64,000 nucleotides of DNA from Chrysomallon squamiferum (GCA_012295275.1 CM022666.1:4960001-5024000), one strand, 5' to 3'; numbered from the stretch's first letter, positions 41,406-55,923 are shown. Notes: generated by a model not told the origin, from the sequence alone. Translations and numbers: made by a program.

Positions 41406-42773
41406 TAATAATAATAATTAATTAATTAATAACTGTTATAATAACGGTTATTATAATGGTTTTAAGCGTAAAGTGGTGAATCTAAGCTGCTCAACTTCAA
41501 CAGAATAGAGTTGAGATAATAATAAACATTTTTGTTCAATTGAACAATTTTATATATTTGTAAATTGGATGTAATGTATGTGTTTTTTTACATACAGTGT
41601 CACTGACTTTCAGGTAGTCAACACCTCAAATGTAGGAAGCAACAAAATTTTCTTGGTGTCTTCGTACTAAAGACTAATATGCTAAAATGATCTGTGAGTA
41701 TTCAAAGCCTGACAAACATCAAAACAAAAATCCCTTCACTGGTAATATCTATTAAACAAAAGTATGAACACATGCATAATCTAATAAGACAGCATATATA
41801 TGTATACACCCTTTATTCTACACTAGAATACAACAGACACAATACACTTTTAAAACTGTATTCAATATAGCAGTAAATAATCATATAGACGGATAGAATA
41901 ATTGTAATCGGTCGCAACAATCACGTAAGGATTATTTCAAAAGAGCAAACATCTACATATCTAGTTACACAGTGCGTTCAGTGGACAGCGACCGTTACCC
42001 TGGATTTGTTCAACAGTTCTTACCTCACAAAACCAAACATAAAAATATATCCGATCTCTGATGAAAAAGGACTCACGTTATTTCTCAACGTGTTCCCAAC
42101 CTTGCAGAATGAAGTGTGACCGAGGTGGTAATTAATCCCGAAAAAAAGACACAGGAAAAATTGTCAAAATTTTAGTTAAGAAATATATTAGCAATGAAAG
42201 ATAGATTAAACACATTTTGTCAAAGTATTTTGTTAATGTTTATTTTTATTTTAGTGTTGATGGTTTTTAATGTTGATATTCCATCCGATATCACGAAGAA
42301 GTTCTGCCGCAGCATACACGAACACTTCATAACAGATTTTGATACCACCCTTATTGCTATGAATAACTTCCATATTAAACATACTTCTGATACTAGAGCA
42401 AGCTGGAGAATATATAGTCAAACACATTTTAACATGGAACATTTTGTAAATTATTTACAATAGGAAGATCTTAGTTTAAATCTATCCTAATCAGTAAGCT
42501 GGACCCAAGCATCACCCCTGCACAACATGAAGACTCTTTCTTTAATCCTGCCTAATTAATAAGTGTAACAAGTCATCACCCCTGCACAGTATGAAACCTC
42601 TTTCTTTAATCTAACCTAATTGACCTAATCAGTAAGCTTAACAATTACCCCATGTAGACTATGATGTCACATTCAATACTCTATAAATTCATAAATTTTT
42701 TTTAATATACAAATTGTTACTTTTTTCCAGCCACTGAATCGGTTTATTCCCGATTCTGGCAGTGTGATTTCTT

Positions 42774-42829
<56 letters not shown>

Positions 42830-43419
42830 TATTTCTTTCTTTCTTTATTCATTTATTTATTTTTTTATTCGGCCGACTGAATCAACAGTCATGATACAAG
42901 TAACGTTTACAAGTGGAAGATTCTTCTGTCACAGGGAGATATTTTTGAGACATTTTATATTCCTGGCCCTGTAGTAATAAACGGATGATTACAGATATTT
43001 ATTCTGATTACGTGTAAGATGACAAATCCGGGCTGGAACATATCTATTCGTGATACACAGACTACATGTTTTCTTTTTGTTGTTTATGGTTTAGTTGACA
43101 CAGGACTAGAAGTTACGCTGCACTCTTTATTTAACAATAACGACAAAAGCAGCCGCAACAACAACAACAACTACTACTACTACCACATCTACAACAACAA
43201 CTACTACTATTACAACAACAATTATAGCAATAACAACTATAATATGTAGCTTATTTATGAACAATACAAACAGACAAAAAAAATACATATAATAACTTTG
43301 CTCATTTTATTCATAGTATATTAAATGACTATACGAAATCTATAGCGAAAAATTAAAAACGACAGAAGAAGAAACATTAAGTAATAAACTTAAATAAATC
43401 AGACGACATTTCCTCTTAG

Positions 43420-43564
43420 CCAATCAAAAATGATCGAGTGAGCTGGTAGAGAATATGATAAGATCTTTTCAAAGTAGCTGGTATAAAAATCAACGAAGCC
43501 TGTCATACAGCGTAGACGTACTTCACTCCATTGTGAACACAGACTGAGCCTAATTTAGGTAAGT
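43420..43564 (+). promoter_or_regulatory. Paralogous promoter copy (CCAAT 43420, TATAAAA 43482, donor after 43558); kappaB-like site mutated
   Basis: Duplicate of 48076-48220. Confidence 0.45.
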
Positions 43565-43571
43565 AAATGTT

Positions 43572-43840
43572 TTATTTATTTCATAGGTTATATTTATTTA
43601 TATAAAATTATAATTTCACTTATTTCATAGGTAATATATATTTATATAAAATTATAATTTCATTTATTTCATTGATTATAAATATTTATATAAAAGGATT
43701 ATTTCAATTATTTCCTAGGTTATATATATTTATATAAAATTATAATTTCACTTATTTCATTGATTATAAATATTTATATAAAAGGATTATTTCACTTATT
43801 TCATAGGTTATTTATATTTATATAAAATTATAATTTCACT
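43572..43840. repeat. ~44-bp AT-rich intronic minisatellite (tttcacttatttcataggttatatatatttatataaaattataa); also at ~540, 12582, 15430, 22553, 48225
   Basis: Variable copy number, directly after the first-exon donor. Confidence 0.85.
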
Positions 43841-44577
43841 ATGCTGTTTAGGATTTATGCACGTCCTAATTTCATGTGTATAATATAATATTAAGTGATA
43901 CTACACCGACCTGTAATATTAAGTGATATTACATCGAAAATGCAAAATGCATGTGCAACCTTAATTTTCCAGTTCAATTTGCTGTATAGGATTTTTCCAG
44001 GCCCTAGTTTCACTTGTATAATATTAAGTGATATTACACCGACCTGTAATATTAAGTGATATTACATCGAAAATGTGCAAAATGCATGTGCAATCCGTGC
44101 CACTGGCACCTTAATGTACCAGTTCACTTTGCTGTTTAGGATTTTTCCGCGCCCTAGTTTCACTTGTATAATATTAAGTGATATTACATCAACTTGAAAA
44201 AACAAAACATGGCGGTAAGGTCGATAAGTATCTATCACATGCGCTGACAGGTAAGAATAATAACAGCCACAGAAAATCACGCTGCGATCTATAAACAATA
44301 ACGTTTACGGTAGTTTGAATTTCTAGCACTGAGAGGAAACCAGCACTGGACGTGATCTTTCGAGGACGATACAATATCAGCAAACAGAGCGGATATGTAG
44401 AATGAGGACCTGGCAAGCTTTGACAGATTTGTTCTGACTTTGCACTAAACCAACTAGCCAAGGTTTTAGGAACGGATAAAGAGAACGTTACCTCAGCTAT
44501 TTTTTTTTTCTTTCATCCGGCTAAACATTTTTACAGAAGTGTTTCAAGAACCAGACGATATACCTAATTTTATATTT

Positions 44578-45258
44578 GTGACCGTACTCGTATGACCGTA
44601 CTCGTATCATTAATCACAATTACGTAAACGTATGTTTCATGATTGTTTAATGTATTATTATCAAGTCACCTGTATATCATAATTAAATAATAAACGTGAA
44701 CCTTAACTGGTGTTGTGTTTATTTCTCTAGTGAGTAGATAGACTTATTGATTTATATAGATTGCTGTCAATTTAGCGTGTATATTCTTTGTTAGGAGGCC
44801 AGTAAAACACAATGTTACCCTAGACTGAGTCATAATAAAACATACAACGTGTTTAATGATGTGAGCCACGTGACAGGAACATAAAAGTTGGGGCTCTCGT
44901 CCGGGATTTTTCAAATAATTAATTTGGGAGCTCGTTTTCTAAAATTCTTATGGAATTATTTCTTTAGATGCATTGAGTATTTTCTCAGTTTAATGACAGC
45001 TAATTTACGTTTATATCCACTTCAGAAAACACAACACAACAAAATAATAACGATATTAAAATAAATAAGTCAAAACTGAGAAACTATTATGGAGCCAAGA
45101 GGGCTGAGCTATTAGAATTGTAAATATTCATAACAAACATTTCAACTGCCCAGTCAAACAAGACAGAGCAAACCAGAGAAATTTTAACAGAGGCTTTGTT
45201 TGGCGATTCTGTAGATAACGAGAGTGGGGGGAGTAACTCCGAGTGTGGCAGAATCAGT
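44578..45258 (+). mobile_element. Third Gypsy-like LTR 3' part/PBS(44889..44907)/gag remnant
   Basis: Same sequence and same gag/intron junction; the assembly gap follows. Confidence 0.7.
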
Positions 45259-45279
45259 ATAGGTGTGTGCATATTGAGA

Positions 45280-45479
45280 NNNNNNNNNNNNNNNNNNNNN
45301 NNNNNNNNNNNNNNNNNNNNNNNNNNNNNNNNNNNNNNNNNNNNNNNNNNNNNNNNNNNNNNNNNNNNNNNNNNNNNNNNNNNNNNNNNNNNNNNNNNNN
45401 NNNNNNNNNNNNNNNNNNNNNNNNNNNNNNNNNNNNNNNNNNNNNNNNNNNNNNNNNNNNNNNNNNNNNNNNNNNNNNN
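45280..45479. other. Assembly gap (200 N)
   Basis: Run of N. Confidence 1.
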
Positions 45480-45516
<37 letters not shown>

Positions 45517-45607
45517 ATTTATTATTTTTTACTTTTATTTTTGAAAGAATGTTATTTATGTGTGTGTCTTTATCTTGGTATTAATAACATTTTTTATCTT
45601 GTTTTGA

Positions 45608-45875
45608 CACAGACTGCATCTAAAAGAAAATGAAGTACTAAACTTGATAATCATCAGTTTTATAAAAACATTAAATGGAAAAAATGAAAGAAAAAGAAAG
45701 GAAGTTTTATATTGAAATAGGTAAATTCGATATAAAAATATTAAATAATTAAGTTCATTACAAATGAAATTAAATTCAAAATTGATTATAGTAGACGAGT
45801 TTCAAAACTAGTTATTAACATTCTTTTAGAAACTGAGTGAAAGTCATAGAAAAAGCTGAGAAAAAAGTGGTAAAT
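45608..45875 (+). pseudogene. Deleted TNF exon 1 remnant and micro-exon 2 (45830..45869)
   Basis: Same module; extra A bases in homopolymers may be contig-end errors. Confidence 0.65.
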
Positions 45876-46127
45876 TAACACAAACACAAGCACAAATTGG
45901 TTTTGACATATTGAAAAGTAAATTATAAAAGTGTTAAGTTTAAATGGAAGCAGAAGAGAAGAGAGAATCTGAACACCACATGCACGTGTGACGTCTGCGT
46001 GTCAACTGATCAACACAGTGTGTATATGTGTGTGTGTATATATGTGTGTATGTATGTGTGTGTGTCAAAACAACTAATTAGCAACCACAACAACAATAAA
46101 AAATAAACGAATAGATAAATAAATAGA

Positions 46128-46191
<64 letters not shown>

Positions 46192-47445
46192 TAATAATAA
46201 TAATTAATTAATTAATAACTGTTATAATAACGGTTATTATAATGGTTTTAAGCGTAAAGTGGTGAATCTAAGCTGCTCAACTTCAACAGAATAGAGCTGA
46301 GATAATAATAAACATTTTTGTTCAATTGAACAATTTTATATATTTATAAAATGTAATGTATGTATTTTTTTACATACAGTGTCACTGACTTTCAGGTAGT
46401 CAACACCTCAGATGTAGGAAGCAACAAAATTTTCTTGGTGTCTTCGTATTAAGGATTAAAACTGTATTCAATATAGCAGTAAATAATCATATAGACGGAT
46501 AGAATAATTGTAATCGGTCGCAACAATCACGTAAGGATTAATACAAAAGAGCAAACAGATACATATCTAGTTACACAGAGCGTTCAGTGGACAGCGACCG
46601 TTACCCTGGATTTGTTCAACAGTTCTTACCTCACAAAACCAAACATAAAAATATCTTGGATCTCTGATGAAAAAGGACTCACGTTATTTCTCAACGTGTT
46701 CCCAACCTTGCAGATTGACGTGTGTGACCGAGGTGGTAATTAATCCCGAAAAAAAGACACAGGAAAAATTGTCAAAATTTTAGTTAAGAAATATATTAGC
46801 AATGAAAGATAGATTAAACACATTTTGTCAAAGTATTTTGTTAATGTTTATTTTTATTTTAGTGTTGATGGTTTTTAATGTTGATATTCCATCCGATATC
46901 ACGAAGAAGTTCTGCCGCAGCATACACGAACACTTCATAACAGATTTTGATACCACCCTTATTGCTATGAAAAACTTCCATATTAAATATACTTCTGATA
47001 CTAGAGCAAGCTGGAGAATATATAGTCAAACACATTTTAACATGGAACATTTTATAAATCATTTACAATAGGAAGCTCTTAGTTTAAATCTATCCTAATC
47101 AGTAAGCTGGACCCAAGCATCACCCCTGCACAATATGAAGACTCTTTCTTTAATCCTGCCTAATTAATAAGTGTAACAAGTCATCACCCCTGCACAATAT
47201 GAAGACTCTTTCTTTAATCCTGCCTAATTAATAAGTGTAACAAGTCACCACCCCTGCACAGTATGAAACCTCTTTCTTTAATCTAACCTAATTGACCTAA
47301 TCAGTAAGCTTAACAATTACCCCATGTAGACTATGATGTCACATTCAATACTCTATAAATTCATACATTTTTTTTAATATACAAATTGTTACTTTTTTCC
47401 AGCCACTGAATCGGTTTATTCCCGATTCTGGCAGTGTGATTTCTT

Positions 47446-47501
<56 letters not shown>

Positions 47502-47690
47502 TATTCATTTATTTATTTTTTTATTCGGCCGACTGAATCAACAGTCATGATACAAGTAACGTTTACAAGTGGAAGATTCTTCTGTCACAGGGAGATATTT
47601 TTGAGACATTTTATATTCCTGGCCCTGTAATAATAAATGGATGATTACAGATATTTATTCTGATTACGTGTAAGATGACAAATCCGGGCT

Positions 47691-48220
47691 GGAACTTTCC
47701 ACTGTGTGATACACAGACTACATGTTTTCCTTTTGTTGTTTATGGTTTAGTTGACACAGGACTAGAAATTACGCTGTACTCTTTATTTAACAATAACGAC
47801 AAAATCAGCCGCAACAACAACAACAACCACTACTACTACCACAACTACAACAACAACTACTGCTATTACAACAACAATTATAGCAATAACAACTATAATA
47901 TGTAGCTTATTTATGAACAATACAAACAGACAAAAAAAATACATGTAATAACTTTGCTCATTTTATTCATAGTATATTAAATGACTATACGAAATCTATA
48001 GCGAAAAATTAAAAACGACAGAAGAAGAAACATTAAGCAATAAATTTAAATAAAATAGACGACAATTCCTCTTAGCCAATCAAAAATGATCGAGGGAGCG
48101 GGTAGAGAATATCACATGATCTTTTCAAAATCGCTGGTATAAAAATCAACGAAGCCTGTCATAGAGCGTAGACGTGCTTCACTCCTTTATGAACACAGAC
48201 TGAGCATAATTTAGGTAAGT
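47691..48220 (+). promoter_or_regulatory. Putative promoter of TNF gene B: GGAACTTTCC 47691, CCAAT 48076, TATAAAA 48138, donor ttag|gtaagt after 48214
   Basis: Same module, ending 1.5 kb upstream of the gene B ATG. Confidence 0.55.
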
Positions 48221-48985
48221 AAATGTTTTACTTATTTCATAGGTTATATTTATTTATATAAAATTATAATTTCACTTATTTCTTAGGTAATATATATTTA
48301 TATAAAATTATAATTTCATTTATTTCATTGATTATAAATATTTATATAAAAGGATTATTTCACTTATTTCATAGGTTATATATATTTATATAAAATTATA
48401 ATTTCACTATGCTGTTTAGGATTTATGCACGTCCTAATTTCATGTGTATAATATAATATTAAGTGATATTACATCGAAAATGTGCAAAATGCATGTGGAA
48501 TCCGTGCCACTGGCACCTTAATGTACCAGTTCACTTTGCTGTTTAGGATTTTTCCACGCACTAGTTTCACTTGTATAATATTAAGTGATATTACATCAAC
48601 TTGAAAAAACAAAACATCGCGGTAAGGTGGATAAGTATCTAGCACATGAGTTGGCAGGTAAGAATAATAACAGCCACAGAAAATCACGCTGCATGCTATA
48701 AACAATAACGTTCACGGTAGTTTGAATTTCTGGCACTGAGAGGAAACCAGCCCTGGACGTGATCTTTCGAGGACGATACAATATCAGCAAACAGAGCGGA
48801 TATGTACAATGAGGACCCGGCAAGCTTTGATAGGTTTTTTCTGCCTTTGCACTAAACCAACTAGCCAAGGTTTTAGGAAAGGATAAAGAGAACATTACCT
48901 CAGCTATTTTTTTTTTTTTTTCATCCGGCTAAACATTTTTACAGAAGTGTTTCAAGAACCAGACGATATACCTAATTTTATATTT

Positions 48986-49565
48986 GTGACCGTACTCGTA
49001 TGATCGTACTCGTATCATTAATCACAATTACGTAAACGTATGTTTCATGATTGTTTAATGTATTTTTATCAAGTCACCTGTATATCATAATTAAATAATT
49101 AACGTGAACCTTAACTACTGTTGTGTTTATTTCTCTAGTGAGTAGATAGACTTATTGATTTATATAGATTGCTGTCAATTTAGTATTTATATTCTTTGTT
49201 AGGTGGCCAGTAAAACACATTGTTACCCTAGACTGAGTCATAATAAAACATACAACGTGTTTAAAGATGTGAGCCACGTGACAGGAACATAAAAAGTTGG
49301 GGCTCTCGTCCGGGATTTTTCAAATAATTAATTTGGGGGCTCGTTTTCTAAAATTCTTATGGAATTATTTATTTAGATGTATTGAGTATTTTATTTAGAT
49401 GTATTGAGGGCTGAGCTATTAGAATTGTAAATATTCATAACAAACATTTCAACTGCCCAGTCAAACATGATAGAGCAAACCAGAGAAATTTTATCAGAGG
49501 CTTTGTTTGGCGATTCTGTAGATAACGAGAGTAGGGGGAGTAACTCCGAGTGTGGCAGAATCAGT
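48986..49565 (+). mobile_element. Fourth Gypsy-like LTR 3' part/PBS(49298..49316)/gag remnant, upstream of TNF gene B exon 1
   Basis: Same junction as in gene A, with an additional internal deletion. Confidence 0.7.
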
Positions 49566-49707
49566 ATAGGTGTGTGCATATTGAGACTGTGTACGGGTGC
49601 GCGTGTGTGTATTTATCTTGGTATTATTTATTACTAATAACATTCTTTTCTTCTTTTCGTCATGTTTTACAGACTACTTCTGAAGGAAATAAAAGTTGTT
49701 ACACAAA

Positions 49708-49968
49708 ATGGTACCAATTCGTCCAGTCATTGCCATTTCTCTTATGATGCTCAACTTGATACTCATCAGTGTCATTGCATCTGGAATATTAAATGAATTT
49801 CTGAACAGAGAAACCAACTTGTTGTTTGACAAGGAACTGTGTGTGAAAATCTCGTGCAAACCAGGAGAAAACTGTTGTGATGACAAATCTACGAACAGAA
49901 CCAGGAACAATACCACGTATTGCTGTTACAGAGATGGAGAAAAAGTGATCAGTGAAATTATGAAAAAG
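49708..49968 (+). CDS. TNF gene B coding exon 1
   Basis: Acceptor ends at 49672, ATG at 49708, donor aag|gtaaat. Confidence 0.85.
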
Positions 49969-51553
49969 GTAAATTCTGTATTTAATTCTAAAAACTTATA
50001 TTCCATAAATACATTAAATGAAAAAAAAAAATGTTTTCTGGAGATATGAAATTATGAAAGAGGTAAATTCTCTATAAAAATAATAAAAAGTTAAATTCAT
50101 TATAAACGAAATAATAATATTTGAATTATGAAAAGGAGACATTAATAGTGCTGAAAAATATTTATAAATTTAAAACTGATTATTGTGGACTAGTTTCAAA
50201 TTGGTTATTAACATTCTTTTTAGAAACTGAGTGAAATTCATACAAAAGCTGAGAAGAGTGGTAAGTTAACACACACATATAGACACTCAGACATACGTAA
50301 AACCACAAAGTCGCAGAAACACAGTAACACACAAGAAAAGTCATAAACACATATATACACAAACACAGACAGACAAACACACAGAAAAAGATCCACACAC
50401 AAACAGAAACATTCAGGCACACATATTTAAATAACCACAAAAGTTTTTATAATTATGTATTTGTGTGTACGTGCATATTTGTGTACAGTCTATGTATGTA
50501 AATAAGTACAAGTGTATATTTATGTATGTGTGTGTGTGTGCGTGTTTCAGAACCAAAACTAAAGCAGATCAGAGATGTCGCTGATCTCTTGAATTTAGAT
50601 AATAAAATCAATGTATACGAATCTGTGTATGTATGTTTGAATCTATATATTTATACATGTATCAGTAGTCTACATGTGTCTGTATATATATATATTTCAG
50701 AACAGAAACTTAAACAGATCAGAGAGGTCGCTGATCGTCTGAATAATAAAAACAATGTGAAGACATGGGCTCATCTACAAATGGAAGTTAATGCAACATA
50801 TGACAAAAGTAAGAAAACGAATAGTAGTAGCAGTGGTAGCAGCAGTAGTAGTAATAGTAGTAGCAGTAGTAGAGTACTAGTAATAGTAGTAGTAGTATTA
50901 GAAGCAGAGTAATTTTACTGTGTAAAAGAGGTGATTTAAGTACTATTCACATAGATATTAGTAGTGGTTAGGAAATAATAGAAAAAATTGTGATAACAAT
51001 AGTATTAGCACCTTAGTAGTAAAAATATCAGTGATGGTACTAAAGTAGTCAATAGCAGAAGTTTGAAGTAGTTATAGAAATATATTAGTAATATTAACTA
51101 CAACTGTTGACAATTTAAAATAAAAATATTATTTAAAAATATTTTCTTCTTACAAACTTTTCAGACAACCCAAAGCCTTTGATCAAATGGACTTCGTCTG
51201 GTAAAAGATCGTTTGTGAAAGGAGGTGTGGCTGTTGTCGCTGACGGGATTCAAGTCAAACACTCTGCTTACTACTTCATATACAGCAACGTTTTATTCCA
51301 TGCCAACCAACTCAGAGAGCTAGAATACGCTAGGCTGTGTCACTCAATTGAAAAATATCCAAATTATGAAGTTCTCTACAAAAATCCTCAAACAGCATGC
51401 AAAGTACGAAGACACCAGGAAGCTTTTGCTGCTTCCTACATTGGAGCTGTTTACTACCTGAAAGCCAATGACACTGTAGTGGTGAGAACATCAGTTGTGA
51501 ACAGAATTTTGAGAGATCCTGAGACAACCTACTTTGGCCTGTATATGCTTTGA
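49708..51553 (+). CDS. TNF-superfamily ligand gene B, 264 aa; join(49708..49968,50224..50260,50701..50808,51165..51553)
   Basis: Same exon sizes (261/37/108/389 nt), splice sites and phases as gene A. Open throughout, ends TYFGLYML-TGA. About 29 aa differences from gene A by hand count. Confidence 0.9.
50224..50260 (+). CDS. TNF gene B micro-exon 2 (KLSEIHTKAEKS)
   Basis: tttttag|...g|gtaagt; 37 nt. Confidence 0.8.
50701..50808 (+). CDS. TNF gene B exon 3 (KTWAHLQM)
   Basis: atttcag|...a|gtaaga; 108 nt. Confidence 0.85.
51165..51553 (+). CDS. TNF gene B terminal exon (TNF homology domain)
   Basis: ttttcag acceptor; 389 nt ending in TGA; THD motifs as in gene A. Confidence 0.93.
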
Positions 51554-51721
51554 GGTTCTTAAGAGAGGTCTGATTGTAAACTGTAATATATAATTTTCTG
51601 TATTCTCACAGAAAGACAGAACTCGTGGATTTCTATATATCAAACAAACCTTCTATCGTAACATTATCTTGAAACATTTATAGTAGATATACACTGATCT
51701 ATCTTTATAGCCTTCAGTGTC

Positions 51722-51761
51722 GTTATTATTATTATTATTATTATTATTAATATTAATATTA

Positions 51762-51795
<34 letters not shown>

Positions 51796-51860
51796 ATTAT
51801 TAATAATATTGTTATGAATATTATTATTAATTATTACTATTAATTATTATTATTATTAAT

Positions 51861-51892
<32 letters not shown>

Positions 51893-52311
51893 ATTATTAT
51901 TAATTATTATTATTTATTATTATCATTAATTATTATTATTATTAATTATTATTATTAATTATTATTATTATTATTATTAATTATTATTATTTATTATTAT
52001 CATTAATTATTATTATTATTAATTATTATTATTATTAATTATTATTATTATTATTAATTATTATTATTATTAATTATTATTATTTATTATTATCATTAAT
52101 TATTATTATTATTAATTATTATTATTAATTATTATTATTATTATTAATTATTATTATTTATTATTATCATTCATTATTATTATTATTAATTATTATTATT
52201 ATTAATTATTATTATTATTATTAATTATTATTATTAATTATTATTATTTTAATTATTATTATTATTAATTAGTATTATTTATTATTATCATTAATTATTA
52301 TTATTATTAAT

Positions 52312-52343
<32 letters not shown>

Positions 52344-52369
52344 ATTATTAATTATTATTATTATTATTA

Positions 52370-52409
<40 letters not shown>

Positions 52410-52449
52410 ATTTATTATTATTAATTATTATTATTATTAATTATTATTA
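51722..52449. repeat. ~730-bp complex (ATT)n array, 170 nt downstream of the TNF gene B stop
   Basis: Direct inspection; interrupted ATT repeats with higher-order blocks. Confidence 0.95.
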
Positions 52450-53298
52450 GAACTTGTGGTTGTTTCTGATTTGTGATTTTGGTATATCTAACATTTTTAA
52501 TTTATTTTTATAATTCTTTCATTAATAATTAATTATGCCACTGGAATATGAATCAGAATTATTATATAATTGTTTCCAGTGCTTGTGTTTTGAATAGCAG
52601 TATTTTAACAATGAGGCTGAGACTGTCCCATTCAGTCACTACTACTGTACTAAGAGATAGACAGAAAGTGTGAATAAAAAATAATTTATAAAAACATGAT
52701 AGATAATATTGTTTTGTTTTTTTCAAATTTAAAGACAAATGTTTGTTATTTTCTCCAAATCAGCAGCGTAACTTCATCAGCTTATACTTAAACTCATGCT
52801 ACTGTTTTTAATGATTGCATATAATCGTTGTTACTACTATTACTTTATTACTTTTTTTATTACCATTTTCACACACACACACACACGCGCATTTTTTTAT
52901 TTAAAACGTTTAGAATTCTTTGGACAGTTGCCAGTATTTAAATAAAAACTTATTAACAAGATCTGTTTGCTTATTACCTTGAAGATTTACGAGAAGTAAT
53001 GAATATTAATTTTCTTCGGGGACTGGGCTTTCCACCTAAGCTATAAATAGTTGTCAGGTCAGTGGTTTGAAGTTGTCAACCGAATTATTAATAGACGGAT
53101 TTAGAAAGTATGAAGGAATTATTATTGTTATAAATAAATAAATATATTGTTGTTACAGTTGTTGAAAATGAATAAGAACACCGATACCTTTATTACTATT
53201 ATTATTGTTATTATTTTAGGTCGGTTCGTTAGAAAGGAGTTACTAGGTCACGAACGCCATTTGCAACACAATTACCCATTCATAAGTTTGTTTTAAAA

Positions 53299-53332
<34 letters not shown>

Positions 53333-54974
53333 TTCCCGTTGATCTCTGCTCTGATTAGTTCAACAATTAACGGCAAAGATTAACTAAACTGACATAATAA
53401 TATGTACCTTTGTATAAAATGACTTTGTAGATGTTCCACAGTGCACATTTACCCGACTTAATCCTTTTTATCCAGTAAGTTGAATAACCTTACATATTAA
53501 AATTGTCTTACCTGTACACCTCCATTTTATCGCGTAACTAACTGAACTGCGCATGTCAGTGTCTGTTCTAGGTACCAGCATGCCCTAACTATTCTTGATA
53601 CACATGCGCATGGATTCAATAAAGCTAAATTGAAATCACGTCATGGTTCCCTTTCTTCTCTTTGATACAGTTACTTTGACATACATACTGATTGTTTTCT
53701 GGAATAACCAGAATGTTATACTATTATATACAAGTTCCTACGCGTTTTGGAAAGTCTTGGAAAGTTTTGGAAATTCGTCAGAGTGTTTTCAAGGACCTTA
53801 AAAGTTTTGTCCAAACCGTAAAAATAATGTATGAAAAACTGGTTTGTTTCACTAATATTTAGGACCGATTCAACGCTCAGTTTTAGCCGATATAGCGTAC
53901 CCAACGAAAATGGTTGCGTTTTCAGGCTGCCCGAACAAACCCATAAGCAATAGTATTTCGTGCATTTTAAAGTTATGGAAATAAGAAGAAAGTAACTCGA
54001 CAACTTTTTGTGAAGCAATATTTCTGTAGTCATGTCCACTCCAAGAACAAAAGTTGTCCCAAAACTAATCCTACATCTGCAAGTATTTGTAAAGAGGCAT
54101 GCGCGGAGAAGTGACAGGAAGTTATTAATTAACATAATTTATGTATATAATCATGCATTTCATCAGACGTTCTTCTCTGCTTTTTAAATAAGAATGTTTT
54201 TAATAATTTCAATTTTTATTATCTCTGAACTGTCAAGAACGTTGTATTTATGTTTATATGAGATGGAAATATCACCAACGTAGAATGAAATTTACACACT
54301 GCTGTCAAAAAATACGTGATTGGTTACAGGATTCGCTTGGCTGGTCCTAATGTAGTAAATATTATGCAAATTATTATACTACTCGTAGTTTATTAATATG
54401 ATTACTGTGTTTTTTAATTTAACGACGTCACTAAATACATTTTTAATCAACCGTTATATGACTAAATATTTACCGTTAAGGACCACATAGATATATAGCG
54501 TAAGATAAAATTCTACTCCGGAAAACAACGCACGCTACTCTGTTTTGAAAAAAAGCCAGGAATAATTCATATGCATATATATATATATATAGATGTATAT
54601 AATAAATAAACAGTATAACAAAAATAACTTTTTAATAACTAAATGGAAAATAAAATATATTACAGTCATTTATCTGATTATCACACATCTTTTCTTCAAA
54701 CGCTTGCTTCATAGGAAAAGTTTCGAAAACTAACAGACGGATAGAGTTCTCTGAAAAAAAGAAATAAAAATAAAAACAATAATGATGATGATGATGATAC
54801 TCAGTACATGTCTTTGAAGCTACTAAGAAAATTCGATTAAATGAAGTACAAATATTAAACGTATTATTTTTATTTTTTTCTCTTTCTCTGCCCATCCAGT
54901 TTTTCCCCAATTCAGTTGTTTCTCTGTGTAATCTATGTAAATTGTCTCCCTTTATTAGTACTAGTATAAAGAAT

Positions 54975-55060
<86 letters not shown>

Positions 55061-55367
55061 GTCTGCAATTCTATAACGAAAGTACAGTTTATTATTAAGA
55101 ATAACGATATAATTTACACCTAAATTATAAGAAGATTCATCATGAAAAAAACAGTAGTATATGAGACCACTGCCCGGTCACAGCTCATTCTCTTTATGTA
55201 CATATAATAACTTGTGATTAAACAACACTTACACATTCCACCAGCAGTAGATACCAATGTCTATAACTAACACAACTGTTCCTGAAACTATTCCAGTAGT
55301 TACGTAAAAAACCTCTGAAATAAACAACAAATCATATAAATAAATAAATAAATAAATCAATAAAAAA

Positions 55368-55451
<84 letters not shown>

Positions 55452-55600
55452 TTAATAGCAGTAATATTAATAATAATGTTGAATAAAATTAGCAGTAGAT
55501 ACCAATGTCTATAACTAACACAACTGTTCCTGAAGCTATTCCAATAGCTAAGTAAAAAAAAGCCCTCTATAAACAACAACAGATCATATAAATAAATAAG

Positions 55601-55733
<133 letters not shown>

Positions 55734-55872
55734 GTAACATTAATAATAATGTCGAATAAAATTTATTAAATAAAGATAAGATCTTAAAAACTTTAGATTT
55801 GCTCTGTTTGTCTTGCAGATTGAAAACTTTTCGTATCTCTCTCGTACTCTGACTCTCCATCTCACACAGAGG

Positions 55873-55923
<51 letters not shown>

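Noticed and set aside
42194-42463. 89-aa ORF with a signal-peptide-like N-terminus (also at 46802)
   Set aside because: Antisense to a probable MULE remnant and disrupted in the other two copies; not supported as a host gene.
53716-54135. 139-aa minus-strand ORF
   Set aside because: No recognisable motif or splice context; probably a non-coding interspersed repeat that I cannot classify.
54405-54575. Possible degenerate gastropod-type interspersed repeat (tttaacgacgtcact...aaggaccacatagat...gctactct)
   Set aside because: Resemblance is from memory only and too diverged to call without a database search.
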